Assembly (NCBI GenBank): GCA_030390025.1 | Contig: CM059431.1 | Span: 127,226,001-127,290,000 of the forward strand | Source of the DNA: Squalus acanthias | Lineage: Eukaryota | Length of the DNA: 64,000 nucleotides | Reading direction: 5' to 3' | In this document: positions 49,257 through 60,467 of the stretch, one piece after another | Layout: every line of letters begins with the position of its first letter | How positions within the stretch are numbered: position 1 is the stretch's first letter | Made by a program: the position numbers and the translations under genes | The notes under the pieces: generated by a model | The model's database searches: none | Seen by the model: only the letters and a program-made list of their open reading frames with translations | Told to the model about the DNA's origin: nothing

Positions 49257-49951
49257 GGCCCAGAAATTCAGTCATGTCAGTTTTTGGGTGTGTGGGGTGG
49301 GTGGGGGGTTGCAGGGTACGGAATGATCCAAGGGGCCTCACATATTGAGCCTCAGTCCTCATTATAATGAAGCTGGTGCGGCAAAGAACAGTGCAAGATT
49401 GGGCTGCTGCTCGCATCACAGCAGCCCTCAGGTAATTGGGTCTGGGGGTTGGGGATTGACTTCAGGGCCAGGATTGGGTCCGGGAATCTCAGTGACTGGG
49501 AATTGCAGGGGCCGGAGATCGGGGGTCCCGGAACTGCAGGGTTGAGGATTGGGGCAGGGGTTTGGGGCCGGGATCGGGTGAGAGAGAGCGGGGGTCTGGG
49601 CCGGGCACAGGCTGCCTTGGCAAACCAATCTTGGAGAGGGGCCTCATACAGATGTTAGGCCTCTTATTTGCATATGCAAAGGGCCTAACTCCTGTTGCAG
49701 GCATGGGTAAAGGACGCATATTTATTGTCCTTACCCAATATGGCAGGCGCCACACTTCCAGATGGCAATGTATGCACAATTCCTGGCCTTAGGAACGGAT
49801 GGTCAGTGGTCCTATGTCTGAAAAAGCAGATGGCAGCCGGTACTTTATTGGCACAGGAGACGAAAAGAAAGATCTGCTGCATAATAAAGGAAAATGGAAG
49901 CCTCTGCAGATAGACCAAAAAAATGGCGCTGCACGGACCAATTTCTGGGCC
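49257..49951. mobile_element. Harbinger-type MITE
   Basis: Perfect 12-bp TIR ggcccagaaatt/aatttctgggcc, with flanks ata/att-gt. Confidence 0.82.
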
Positions 49952-52950
49952 ATTGTTCTTTGATGACATATTTGGATATGTATTTTCTATCCTACATCTT
50001 CCAACAATCCTCTACCTCTGCTCATTTCACTGGGAAAGAAAGCCAATGAGAAGAGGTTGAGCTATTCTAGGTCTATTATTTATGAAGTTTAGTCTATGTC
50101 AAAGAAGGCAGAAAGAGCTGAAATCGATGGAAATGTAAATCAGGCAGTGTGTAAAACGAGCAGCCAATCCGCTGCTGCCCGTTTACTGCCTGGCGGTAAG
50201 AGTGAAAATTTACTCCCAAAAACATTTCAATCAGCGTGTCAACCCAGAGGGCAGGCTGACTGCTTCAAAGGGTCGAAGTCAGACTTGAATCATTTTGAAA
50301 TATCATCTAGTCAATTATTGGATGAAAGGGGTTGTACCATTGTTGGAATTCCATTTAAGTGGCAGAGTTAATGGGGTAAGTTTTATATTTTACTAGTGTA
50401 CTAGTTGACAACAAAGGGAGCTTTAGCCATCACAATGTGGAAGTGTACTACTTTAGTTCTGGAGGTTGTGCTTCATTGCTATGTTTATGATAATAAAGCT
50501 AGCTTTTATCAGTATTTTTCTTTGACAATCTTCAGCATTTATAATGTAATTTGGTTCCACTCTCTCAGAGCCTGATTTGGAAACCATGTTTTAGACTTGC
50601 ACTCTAAGAGGGTTTTATACCAGAAAGCAACTAACTCTGGATATGAATTCTAAATCAATCGTTCCTACCACCTCCATACAGCAAGTGTATAATTTAGTAT
50701 TATTTGCACAAGATATAATCTTCACGTTCTTTGCATTGTTGCAGCTGTCTCCTCATGTGTGCAGGGCTGCAAACCAAAACTGTGGCTGTAGAAGGTAAGG
50801 GAGTAGTAGTGGAGGGATGATGAACAATTTCCATTGACTTTATCTGCAGCACTGGCATCAGAGAAGAAAACCCACTACTGGTTGGTGGAAATATCTCATC
50901 CCCTCGACTACCGTTGCCGATACTGGTTATGCTTAAAGTAGAACTATAGCTAGCAGTTACATGACTTGTAGCAACCAATAACCTTACTCATTCATAAACC
51001 AAGTGCATATATAATATATATTTTAATAATATTGTTGTGGTTTTTCAAAATTTGATATTTAAATGTTTATGCAATAGAACAAAATACAGCACTTGAAACC
51101 AATAGGGCTTGCTATTAAGGATTCTTGAGGCATTAATGCACCTTTACTGTCACTTGCATTTTGCCAGCTATATAATGTGATGGCCTGACTTTGCAAAGCA
51201 GAACACTAAGACTGCTGGAACTAAAGACTGATGACCACTGTTTCAAATACATTGGAGAAAATTACAGTTATAATGGCAATTTACATCTAGAGTAATTCTG
51301 TGACAAATGCCGGCATCGCTGTTTTAAAGTACTGGATGCACAGAATTCTGAATGATTACAGAAACTGTCACAGTAGAATTTGCTTCAACCACAATTTGTG
51401 TTTAAATAGCACTCCTCATGTGTAGGAAAACATCTCAGAGCACTTTACAATAAAGAGAAAAAAGGCATGGCGGACTCAGATTTATTGCTATTACCCATAC
51501 TAGCTGCGCATAAACTAGAGATATGGCAGGCAGTAACAGCACCTCCAGCAAACACTAACTGGAATACTCGACAGTTATGACCTAACTTTCACACACCAGT
51601 ATGCAAATGTATTCATTATTTTGCATTAGAATGGCTTATTGTATAACATATAGCATGATCTCCTATCTAGCCTGTCATACTAGACTGTTTTAACAAGCAA
51701 AATGTTGCATATTTCATGATTTGTCTGCATACATCTCTTGTTGACAAATAAACTTTCTAAATATTTCCATTCAGACATCTGCCTGATAAAATTTTAACAG
51801 TATCTGAGTAAAATAGAAAAATATGTTATGAAATGTGTTTATCCGCATTCTCCATACATTTTAATAACATTCACGAGGGCACCGCATGCCCTGAAACTAG
51901 AAGACAGGCTATTAAAGTGATCTATTCTAATGTGCATAAACATAAACCTGTAAGTGGATGGAAGGTAGCTGCAGGCACACTCATTTAAACACTGAAGATG
52001 ATAGATATCTGGTCACTCTCCTTGGCTCTATTACAGTTCAATCACTCTCTGATTCAAGTAAAACCACATTAATAGAAGGAAATAACTTCATCACATAACT
52101 TTACAATAATCATTAACCTTACAAACCATACGGTTTATAACATGATTCTATAATTGACACAATAGATGTGATGTTCATTTTTTACCCTGCATTTGTTAGG
52201 ATAGTTGTCTGTGTCAATTAAATATGGCATCAGAAAAGGCCATTCTGCTACAGCCAGTGTTAGTGTGCTAACTGATTGCTTATTTGACAGATTATATTAA
52301 CGCCAAGTGGCTAGATTGACTTCTTGCACCTTTCCCATCTCTGGGAATACTTTCACAGGTGCTGTGTGTTACTGCACAATTACAGAGCAACAATTCTTCA
52401 CTGTCAGATGGCTCAACCTTGTTTATTGTGTCCCTGCTGATTTGCAAACCTAGAAAAAACCCATTGCCGATGAGGACTGAAATTGCAGAAACATGGAGTA
52501 CCTAAAATAATTTTAACGTTGTCTTGGAAATTTTCTTACGTGTCAGCACCAAGAAATATAAAATTATTTTCATAATTAAAATGTGCTGGTATTCTTGAGC
52601 TGTTCCGTTCATTCCTATGGTTCGATAAGGAGTGCTGGTTAAAATTGAATCACAGGTGCCAATGGTTCATATTGCATGCGCTGCTAAACCTTTTGCAAGG
52701 ACCTATTTAAAGAATACATTTTTTGTAGAAGTAAATATTCTGTAAATGTATATGTGTAGCTTAATGACAAAATAAAAAGAAAATATTACAAGTTCAGATA
52801 TCTGTATATAATAAATGATCAGCTGCTATTTGTATAAGATGTAGGAATAGTTTGAACAGATAATTCATGTTACCACAATTTGGTGGGATTATAAAGTATA
52901 TCGGTACGGGAATTATAAGAGGGAGTGAACTTTCCCTTTTAACAAGAATT

Positions 52951-53104
52951 GGTGCAATGAGTATTTTTCTGCATAATTAATGATCTGTTAATGAAATTGC
53001 ATTCTCAGTAATTACATGTTTCAATGATCTGCATTCTGCAATTTCATTAAGAGGTTGTTAATTAGAGAAAAATAGGCATCTTGCTGTCCATTAATTTTAA
53101 TGGA
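52951..53104 (+). other. Imperfect long hairpin plus short perfect hairpin in TE-free sequence
   Basis: ttaatgaaattgca/tgcaatttcattaa (14 bp perfect), extended by G-U-compatible pairs to tatttttct/agaaaaata. A second hairpin tccattaa-tt-ttaatgga lies at 53087-53104. Confidence 0.7.
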
Positions 53105-53358
53105 TGAAAATCCTGTGAGGTCAGCTAACCTCCATGGTAGAATTTCTACTGCGTGAAGCTCCTGAATTCGTAAAATGTAACCTTATATATCTTGCTTCAA
53201 GAAGACAGAGGAGTAAAAAGACATTACTTAGGATTTAAACAGTCTTCCTTTTATCAAGTGAAAGCTACCACCGGAGTAGACAAGCAGCAAAATTGTCTTT
53301 ATTTTCAGATTAATTGAAGTCCACCATCAAATTTTTCTTAAATACAGCTGCAAAATAT

Positions 53359-56300
53359 GGGCCTTGACTGTAGGCCAGTTTTCGGCAAGTGAGTTTTGGT
53401 TTCAGTTTAAAACTCATCCGTTGCATCCAATAACAAACATATTTTAACTCCCGGGTCTCATGATAATCTCACCGGCACATTTCCCAGTGAACTGGCTGAT
53501 CAGATGGGAAACCTGGAGACAATCTCCAGGGCAAAATTTCCAGCTGATCAGCCAGAGGCCTATTTAAAGCAGGAATGCCCTTCTTCTAGAGAGGTTGCAC
53601 TCCCTGGTAGCTTATTTTATTTGCAAGCTGCTTCAACAAGAATCTTCTAAAAAATGGGTAGGATGTAGGTGCCAAGGTTCTCAGAAGCCTCCCTGGCGGT
53701 GCTTGTGGAAGAGGAGGGCGAGGAGGGAATTCCTGTTCCCCATCAGTGCCAGGAGAGCTGCCAATCACATGTTGTCCACCAGCCATGGAGAGAGATTGAA
53801 TAGGTCGTCAGCACCTTCAGGACCTGGATATAGTGCAGGAAGTGCTTCAATGAGCTCACTAGAGTAGCAAGGGTCAGATATGCTCGTCATTTATTCCTCT
53901 CGATCTATAACACATAGCAGCAGTCCTTCACCCCGCCCCCAGCACTGTCAACGACTCCCTTTCCTCGATCACTTCCGTCACCACCTAACACAAGGCCACA
54001 CAGCACCACCTCTCATTCTGATTACAAATGCATTCACCTCTTCATTGTTCATTTCTCAGCAGCCATTAGCAGAATTCGCCACTCACTTGCTAGCCTTTGC
54101 TCAATTACCAATTTCTCTCATAGCTCCTTCCTCATGTCACACTTGTTTCCCATTCATCACTTTCACATCCTGCTTGCATCTTGCTTCTCTTCCCTCTCAG
54201 CATATGCAGTACCAGTACAAGCCCCACACATCTGCATTCTCTTTTTTAGTAGCCACTCACTAACTCTCAGCCTCTTTTTCTGCAGGACAAAATGGCACAC
54301 CATAGTGAGAGGAGCAAGACTGGGGAAGGACCAGCGAACCACATGATCCTGAATGAACTGGAGTAACAAGCCTTGGAAATTGTGGGTCTGCTGTAGCTGT
54401 GCAGATTAGGTATTTCAAGGTGGGGGCTTCACTGAACAGGGTTTCTGACAATTACTTGTACCCCTTCATTAAGCAAAGGAAAGACAAACTTTCAGCCAGC
54501 TTGACTACATCAAATGACATTGTGATACATATCTTCTGCAACTGTGCAACCTCCCAATGCCATCCTAAATCTTGTCCCTTTTTTCTTTTGTTTAAGTCCT
54601 TCCTACTAGCCACAGCCCATTGAAGAAGACACCTAAAATGGAGGAGAATCTTTCTGAGGAGGAACCATGTGATCTTTCACTTCCAAGCACAAGCATAGAG
54701 ATTGGCACCGTGCCTGGGTAAGAGAGTGATCTAGAACGGTCTGCACCTAGTGATGCACCTAGTACTAGTGCACAGAAGTGTAAGGGGTTCGCGTGGCTCT
54801 GTGCTTAGCCTGGGTGCTAGTGCGGGGTTAGGCCTTGTTGCCTGTTCTGGTCTCCAGCCAGCCTGGTAACACTAGACACCTGTGAGTGGTTCGACCCACT
54901 CGCCCTTACGGTTCTGACACTGGACTTAGGTGCGAGAGCAATAATGCAGAGAAAACTCAGGTAGACCCGGTTGAATAGTGCGAAATGGAAAATCTTTATT
55001 GCATATTATTCAAGATTACGAAATACATGTCATAAGCACAGATTAATGACAATACAAACTTACATACATTTATGCAACTAGGTTTAGGGAAACGAGGAGC
55101 GCACGACACATCGTAAAAGGGGACACACATTATAATTATCCTTAAAACAGAAACCCTCCCCTATCAATACCTGTCCTAATCTAGATCTGTAGGATCGAGA
55201 CTCATGCTCACCACTCATGATAACTCGGAGAATTCCGAAACGCTGCTCGGATGTTTTCACCACAGCACCTGACTATTCACGTGTTGATCAGGGGTCCCTG
55301 TACCCCACTTGTTTACTCGCTTTCCTCCGGCTAGCAGGCTGGACCGTCTGCTGTCATGAAGATCTGTGTTGACCTCGGAACTCTGATAAAACTCAAAGAA
55401 GAGTCTTCCTGGACCGGCACCAGTTGTCGGTAGAACTCGAAGAAAAGTCTTCCATGGCCAGTTGTGGAGTATCCGATAGAATTCGAAGAAGTGGTTAATC
55501 GATTTTCGGGCGCGGTCGGGGTTTACTGACCGCGGCGGCACATGTAGTCATCTTCTTCTCTTCTCATCTCATCTCATCTCATCTCCTCTCGGGACCTTCG
55601 GTTCCAACACCGTTTACCGACTTCTTGGGATGGTGCGCCCGCTTACCGGCCTTCGCAGACCAGCTCTCCACAGATCTTCGCGGCAAGCCACGAGGTTGAC
55701 TCCCGGAAAATCAGCGGATCAGAGAATACGAGTCAAGAGTTCTCGAGCGAGTCAAAGGAATAAGAGAAAGATGGACGTTTGGACACTACAGTTATAGTAC
55801 TGTAATTCCTTATCTCCCGCCCAATCTTAATGTCCATCTTTTGTCATGTTTTGGCGCTCAAACTTCTTGTATGGGGTGGTACTTGTCGTTAATGGGTTTC
55901 GGTGATACTTGTAACTGTCTGAGTACCCGTTAATATTTCTCCCCTTGTGGAACCGGCTAAGAGTCTCCCTGGAGGGGTTTTGGGGGCCTCCGAATTCTTG
56001 CTGTGAGTACCCGCGAACGGCTCTCTCATCGTAGAGCCGTGGGGAATTTGCGTATCAATGTCTTTTGGATGGGCCCTTAATTGCCCAGTACAATAGCTCT
56101 CATTTGTGCATGGAAAACCCGATTCCAGCACTTATATTCCTTGCTTGGGTGTTAAAATGCAAAACGATCTCGTCTTGTCTTATCTCAATATGCTGAGTCC
56201 TGTCCGATCTTGCTGAAATGTTTATTGAAACGCCATCTTGTCTGCCTGCTGAAAATCTAGAATCTTCTGCCACGAGGCGTGGTGGCCATTTTACAGGCTG

Positions 56301-56990
56301 TTTGTGTCCGTTTTGAAACCTGACAGCATTTTGCTGAAATAAAGCTGTGTTTACGAAACTGTATGTCTCTTTCTCATTATTTTTTAAATCGCGATAATTT
56401 GCGAATTCTACAGAAGCAGGTAGTGGTGGCAAGGATAGCTCATGAGGCAGCACACCGTGGGCGAGATCCTTTCCCAGCTCTGCTCAGGAGGACAGAATGC
56501 AGACTTCAGGAGCCCAGCAATGAGAGGAAAACTATTTGTTTCACATAAGCAGTCGTACGCAGTATTGTAAGTCCTGTCAAGGTATTTCGACACCATGGCT
56601 GAAAGTCTGATTCCAGCCTGAGTGGTATCATCTCACATGGCATCAGCACTCTGCAGTCTACCTTAGAGAATGCGGCCCACTCCAGGGATGCTGCAGCCAG
56701 GCCCTCACAACAAGAGGCTATGTTAGCATGCCTTGCAGCTTTGATTTAAATGGCTGCCATGCAGACTCTGGGCTCAAACATTGGATAGACTGACATCCAG
56801 ATTGGAGACACTGGTGGAGCAAGTGGGTAGGGGCTTTCAAGGAGTCACTTACCTTCTGCACTCTACCCTCCTGCAGATCGTGGAAGTGATGAGCTCTAGT
56901 CCCATGAGTGTGGCAGTGATGCAGCGGAAGTGACACATGTTGTCCTCTCTCAGGATATCAACACGTTTGTCCTCTTGCCACCTGCTCAAT
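53359..56990 (+). mobile_element. Degraded Harbinger (Myb-like gene side) interrupted by solo LTR-B
   Basis: PRFSE.SLAVL...RARREFLFP exon-1 relic at ~53660-53870. Homologous to ~45630-46860 in inverse orientation. Boundaries approximate. Confidence 0.65.
54779..56412 (-). mobile_element. Solo LTR-B (1634 bp), architecturally related to LTR-A
   Basis: Termini TGTA...TACA with 4-bp TSD gaag (54775-54778, 56413-56416). Minus-strand TATA (~55793) and AATAAA (~54995). Shares the right end tttgcgaa..ctaca with LTR-A. Confidence 0.8.
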
Positions 56991-56999
56991 CAAAACAAA

Positions 57000-58455
57000 A
57001 TACATTGAATTACATAGAACGTACAGCACAGAAACAGACCAATCGGCCCAACTGGTCTATGCTGGTGTTTATGCTCCACATGAGCCACCTCCCACCCCTC
57101 TTCATCTAACCCTATCAGTATAATGATTAGCGTAGCCCAGTACAGGCACAACGGACCAAATGGCCTTCTTCTGTGCTGCAAGATTCTATGATAACTTTCT
57201 ATTCCTTTCTCCTTCGTGTGTTTATCTAGCTTGCCCTTAAATGCATCTATGCTATTCGCCTCAACTACTCCTTGCGGCAGCGAGTTTCACATTCTAACCA
57301 CTCTCTGGGTAAAGAAGTATCTCCTGAATTTCCTATTGGATTTATTAGTGACTATCTTATATTTATGACCCCTAGTTTTGGTGTCTGTGCTGACTCTTTG
57401 GTACTGCTATCCAATTAGTTCCGCTCCTCTACTCTTTTCCCATAGCCTTGCAATTTTATCCCCTTCTGGTATTTATTCCCTTTTGAAAATTACTAATGCA
57501 TCTACTTTCATGCAGTGCATTCCATATCATAACAATTCGCTGTGCAAAAAAAAAATCTCCTCATTTCCCCTCTGATTCTTTTTCCTATTACCTTAAATCT
57601 GTATCCTCTGGTTACTAATCCTCCTGCTAGTGGACACAATTTCTCCCCATTTACTCTATCAAAACCCCTCATAATTTTGAATACCTCCCCTTAATTCTCT
57701 CCTTCACCTTCTCTGCTCTGAGGAGAACAATATCAGCTTCTCTAATCTCTCCACATAACTATGGCACATCTCTGGTACCATTCTAGGAAATTTCCTCTGC
57801 ACCCTCTCCAAGGCCTTCCTAAAGTGTGGTGCCCAGAATTGGACAAAATACTCCAGCTGAGGCCTAACCTGTGTTTTATAAAGGTTTAGCATAACTTCCT
57901 TGCTTTTGTACTGTCTCTATTTATAAAGCAAGCGATCCTGTATGCTTTTTAACAGCCCTATCAACTTGTCCTGCTACCTTCAAAGATTTGTGTACATAAA
58001 CCACACGTCTCTCTGTTCCTGCACCCCAATTAAAATTATACCATTTAGTTTATAATACCTCTCCTCATTCTTCCTTCAAAAATACATCACTTCACACTTC
58101 TCCATGTTAAATTTCATCTGTATGTCTATGTCTTCCTGAAGTCTGTTACTGTTCTCCTCACTGTTGACTACATTTCCGAGTTTTGTGTCATCTGCAAACC
58201 AAAAAATTATGCCCTTTATACCCAAGTCCAGGTCATTATTATATATCAAAAAGAGCAATGGTGCCTTGTGGGACACCACTGTATACTTCCTTCCAGTCTG
58301 AAAAACAACCGTTCACCACTATTCTCTGCTTTCTGTCCCTTAAACAATTTTGTATCTACGCTGTCAGTGCCCCTTTAATCCCATGGGCTTCAATTTTGAT
58401 AACAAGTCTATTACGTAATATTTTATCAAATGCCCTCGAAAGTCCATATACACAT
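57000..58455 (-). mobile_element. Composite CR1 3' fragments
   Basis: ORFs 57704-57892 (VRPQLEY...LERVQR) and 58076-58279 (FADDTKLG). Confidence 0.85.
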
Positions 58456-58810
58456 CAACCATCTACAAGATGCACTGCAGCAACTTGCCAAGGCTTCTTC
58501 GGCAGCACCTCCCAAACCCACGACCTCTACCACCTAGAAGGACAAGGGCAGCAGGTGCATGGGAACACCATCACTTTCAAGTTCCCCTCCAAGTCGCACA
58601 CCATCCTGACTTGGAAATATATCGCCATTCCTTCATTGTTGCTGGGTCGAAATCCTGGAACTCACTACCTAACAGCACTGTGGGAGTACCTTCACCACAT
58701 GGACTGCAGTGGCTCAAGAAGGCGGCTCACCACCACCTTCTCATGGGTAACTAGGGATGGGCAATAAATGCTGGCCTTGCCAGCGACGCCCACATCCCAT
58801 GAATGAATAA
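58456..58810 (+). mobile_element. LINE-A 3' end
   Basis: ORF 58470-58754 and the tail gggcaataaatgctggccttgccagcgacgcccacatccc. Confidence 0.9.
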
Positions 58811-59104
58811 GGGTGTTACAAGGGTGGCTGAGACATACAAGAACATTTAGGATTATATGACCATTATCTGATACTTCCCAATTAATAAGCCATTTTAGTG
58901 TTGATATTTGCAAAGATAGGTCGATAGCTTGAAGTTGACCCTCTTGTTCCCATCATTGTCAGGAACCACTACATAGAAAACGGCCCTGAGTTTTTTTTTT
59001 AAATGGCTTGCTTTTCCCTAGGTCAGAAAGTGTCTCCGTTATGCTGTTCAACACAAAGCTTTAAGTCTGTAATCTGAACAGATAATCCAGTTAATAAGTT
59101 TTAT

Positions 59105-59305
59105 GGATGTGGTTGAAGCGAATAGTATAGATGCATTTAAGGGGAGGTTAGACAAGCATATGAGGGAGAAGGGAATAGCGAGTTATGCTCATAGATTTAG
59201 ATGAGGAAAGACGGGAGGAGGCTCATGTGGAACATAAACACCGGCATGGATTGGTTGGGCTGAATGGCCTGTTTCTGTGCCGTATATCCTATGTAATCCT
59301 ATGTA
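59105..59305 (+). mobile_element. CR1 3' tail
   Basis: gatgcatttaaggggaggttagac... followed by (atcctatgta)n. Confidence 0.7.
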
Positions 59306-59457
59306 ATAAAAGTACCACCCCCTTTTGTCTTGCACCATCATCCCTTTTGTCATTTAATCTCTCCTGCCTTCCACCCTTCCCTTTTATTCTTTCCACCCTC
59401 CCACCTTTCCCTGCCTCTGTACTTGCGTAAAAACTTGTTACATCAGTTACATTTTCC

Positions 59458-59494
59458 AGTTCTGATGAGAGGTCATCGACCTGAAACGTTAACT
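59458..59494 (+). ncRNA. Minimal hammerhead ribozyme in a solo Penelope pLTR (~59310-59560)
   Basis: agtt-CTGATGA-gaggtc(atc)gacct-GAAA-cg-TT-aact. Confidence 0.8.
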
Positions 59495-60467
59495 CTGTTT
59501 CTCTCCCTGCAGATGCTGCCTGACCTGCTGAGTGTCTCCAGCATTTTCTGTTTTTATTGCATGTAGTCCATGATGCCCTGTACATAAGAACATAAGAAAT
59601 AGGAGCAGGAGTAGGCCATTCGGCCCCTCGAGCCTGCTCCGCCATTCAATAAGATCATGGCTGATCTGATCTTGGCCTCAACTCCACTTTTATGCCTGTT
59701 CCCCATAACCCTTGACTCCCCTGTAGCTCAAAAATCTGTCTATCTCAGCCTTGAATATATTCAATGACTCAGCTTCCACAGCTCTCTGGGGTAGAGAATT
59801 CCAAAGATTCACGACCCTCTGAGAGAAGAAATTCCTCCTCATCTCCATCTTAAATGGGCGACCCCTTATTCTGAAACTATGCCCCCTAGTTCTAGATTCC
59901 CCCATGAGGGGAAACATCCTCTCAGCATCTACTCTGTCAAGCCCCCTCAGAATCTTATATGTTTCAATAAGATCACCTCTCATTCTTCTAAACTCCAATG
60001 AGTATAGGCCCAACCTGCTCAATCTTTCCTCATAAGACAACCCCTTCATCCCAGGAATCAACCTAGTGAACCTTCTCTGAACTGCCTCCAATGCAAGTAT
60101 ATCCCTCCTTAAATAAGATGATCAAAACTGTACGCAGTACTCTAGGTGTGGTCTCACCAATGCCCTGTAGAGTTGTAGCAAGACTTCCTTACTTTTATAC
60201 TCCATCCCCCTTGCAATAAAGGCCAACATTCCATTTGCCTTCCTAATTACTTGCTCTACCTGCATGCTAACATTTTGTGTTTCATGTACGAGGACACCCA
60301 GATTCCTCTATACCGCAGTATTTTGTAGTCTCTCTCCATTAAAGTAATATTTTGCTTTTCTATTTTTCCTACCAAAGTGGATAACCTCACATTTTCCCAC
60401 ATTAAACTCCATCTGCCAAATTTTTGCACACTCACTTAGCCTATCTATGTCCCTTTGCAGACTGTTT

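Noticed and set aside
50700..50978. 92-aa minus-strand ORF
   Set aside because: Non-ATG start, no domain similarity that I recognise, and a length expected by chance.
55383..55495. CRISPR-like repeat array
   Set aside because: Eukaryotic context, only three degenerate units, no unique spacers and no cas genes.
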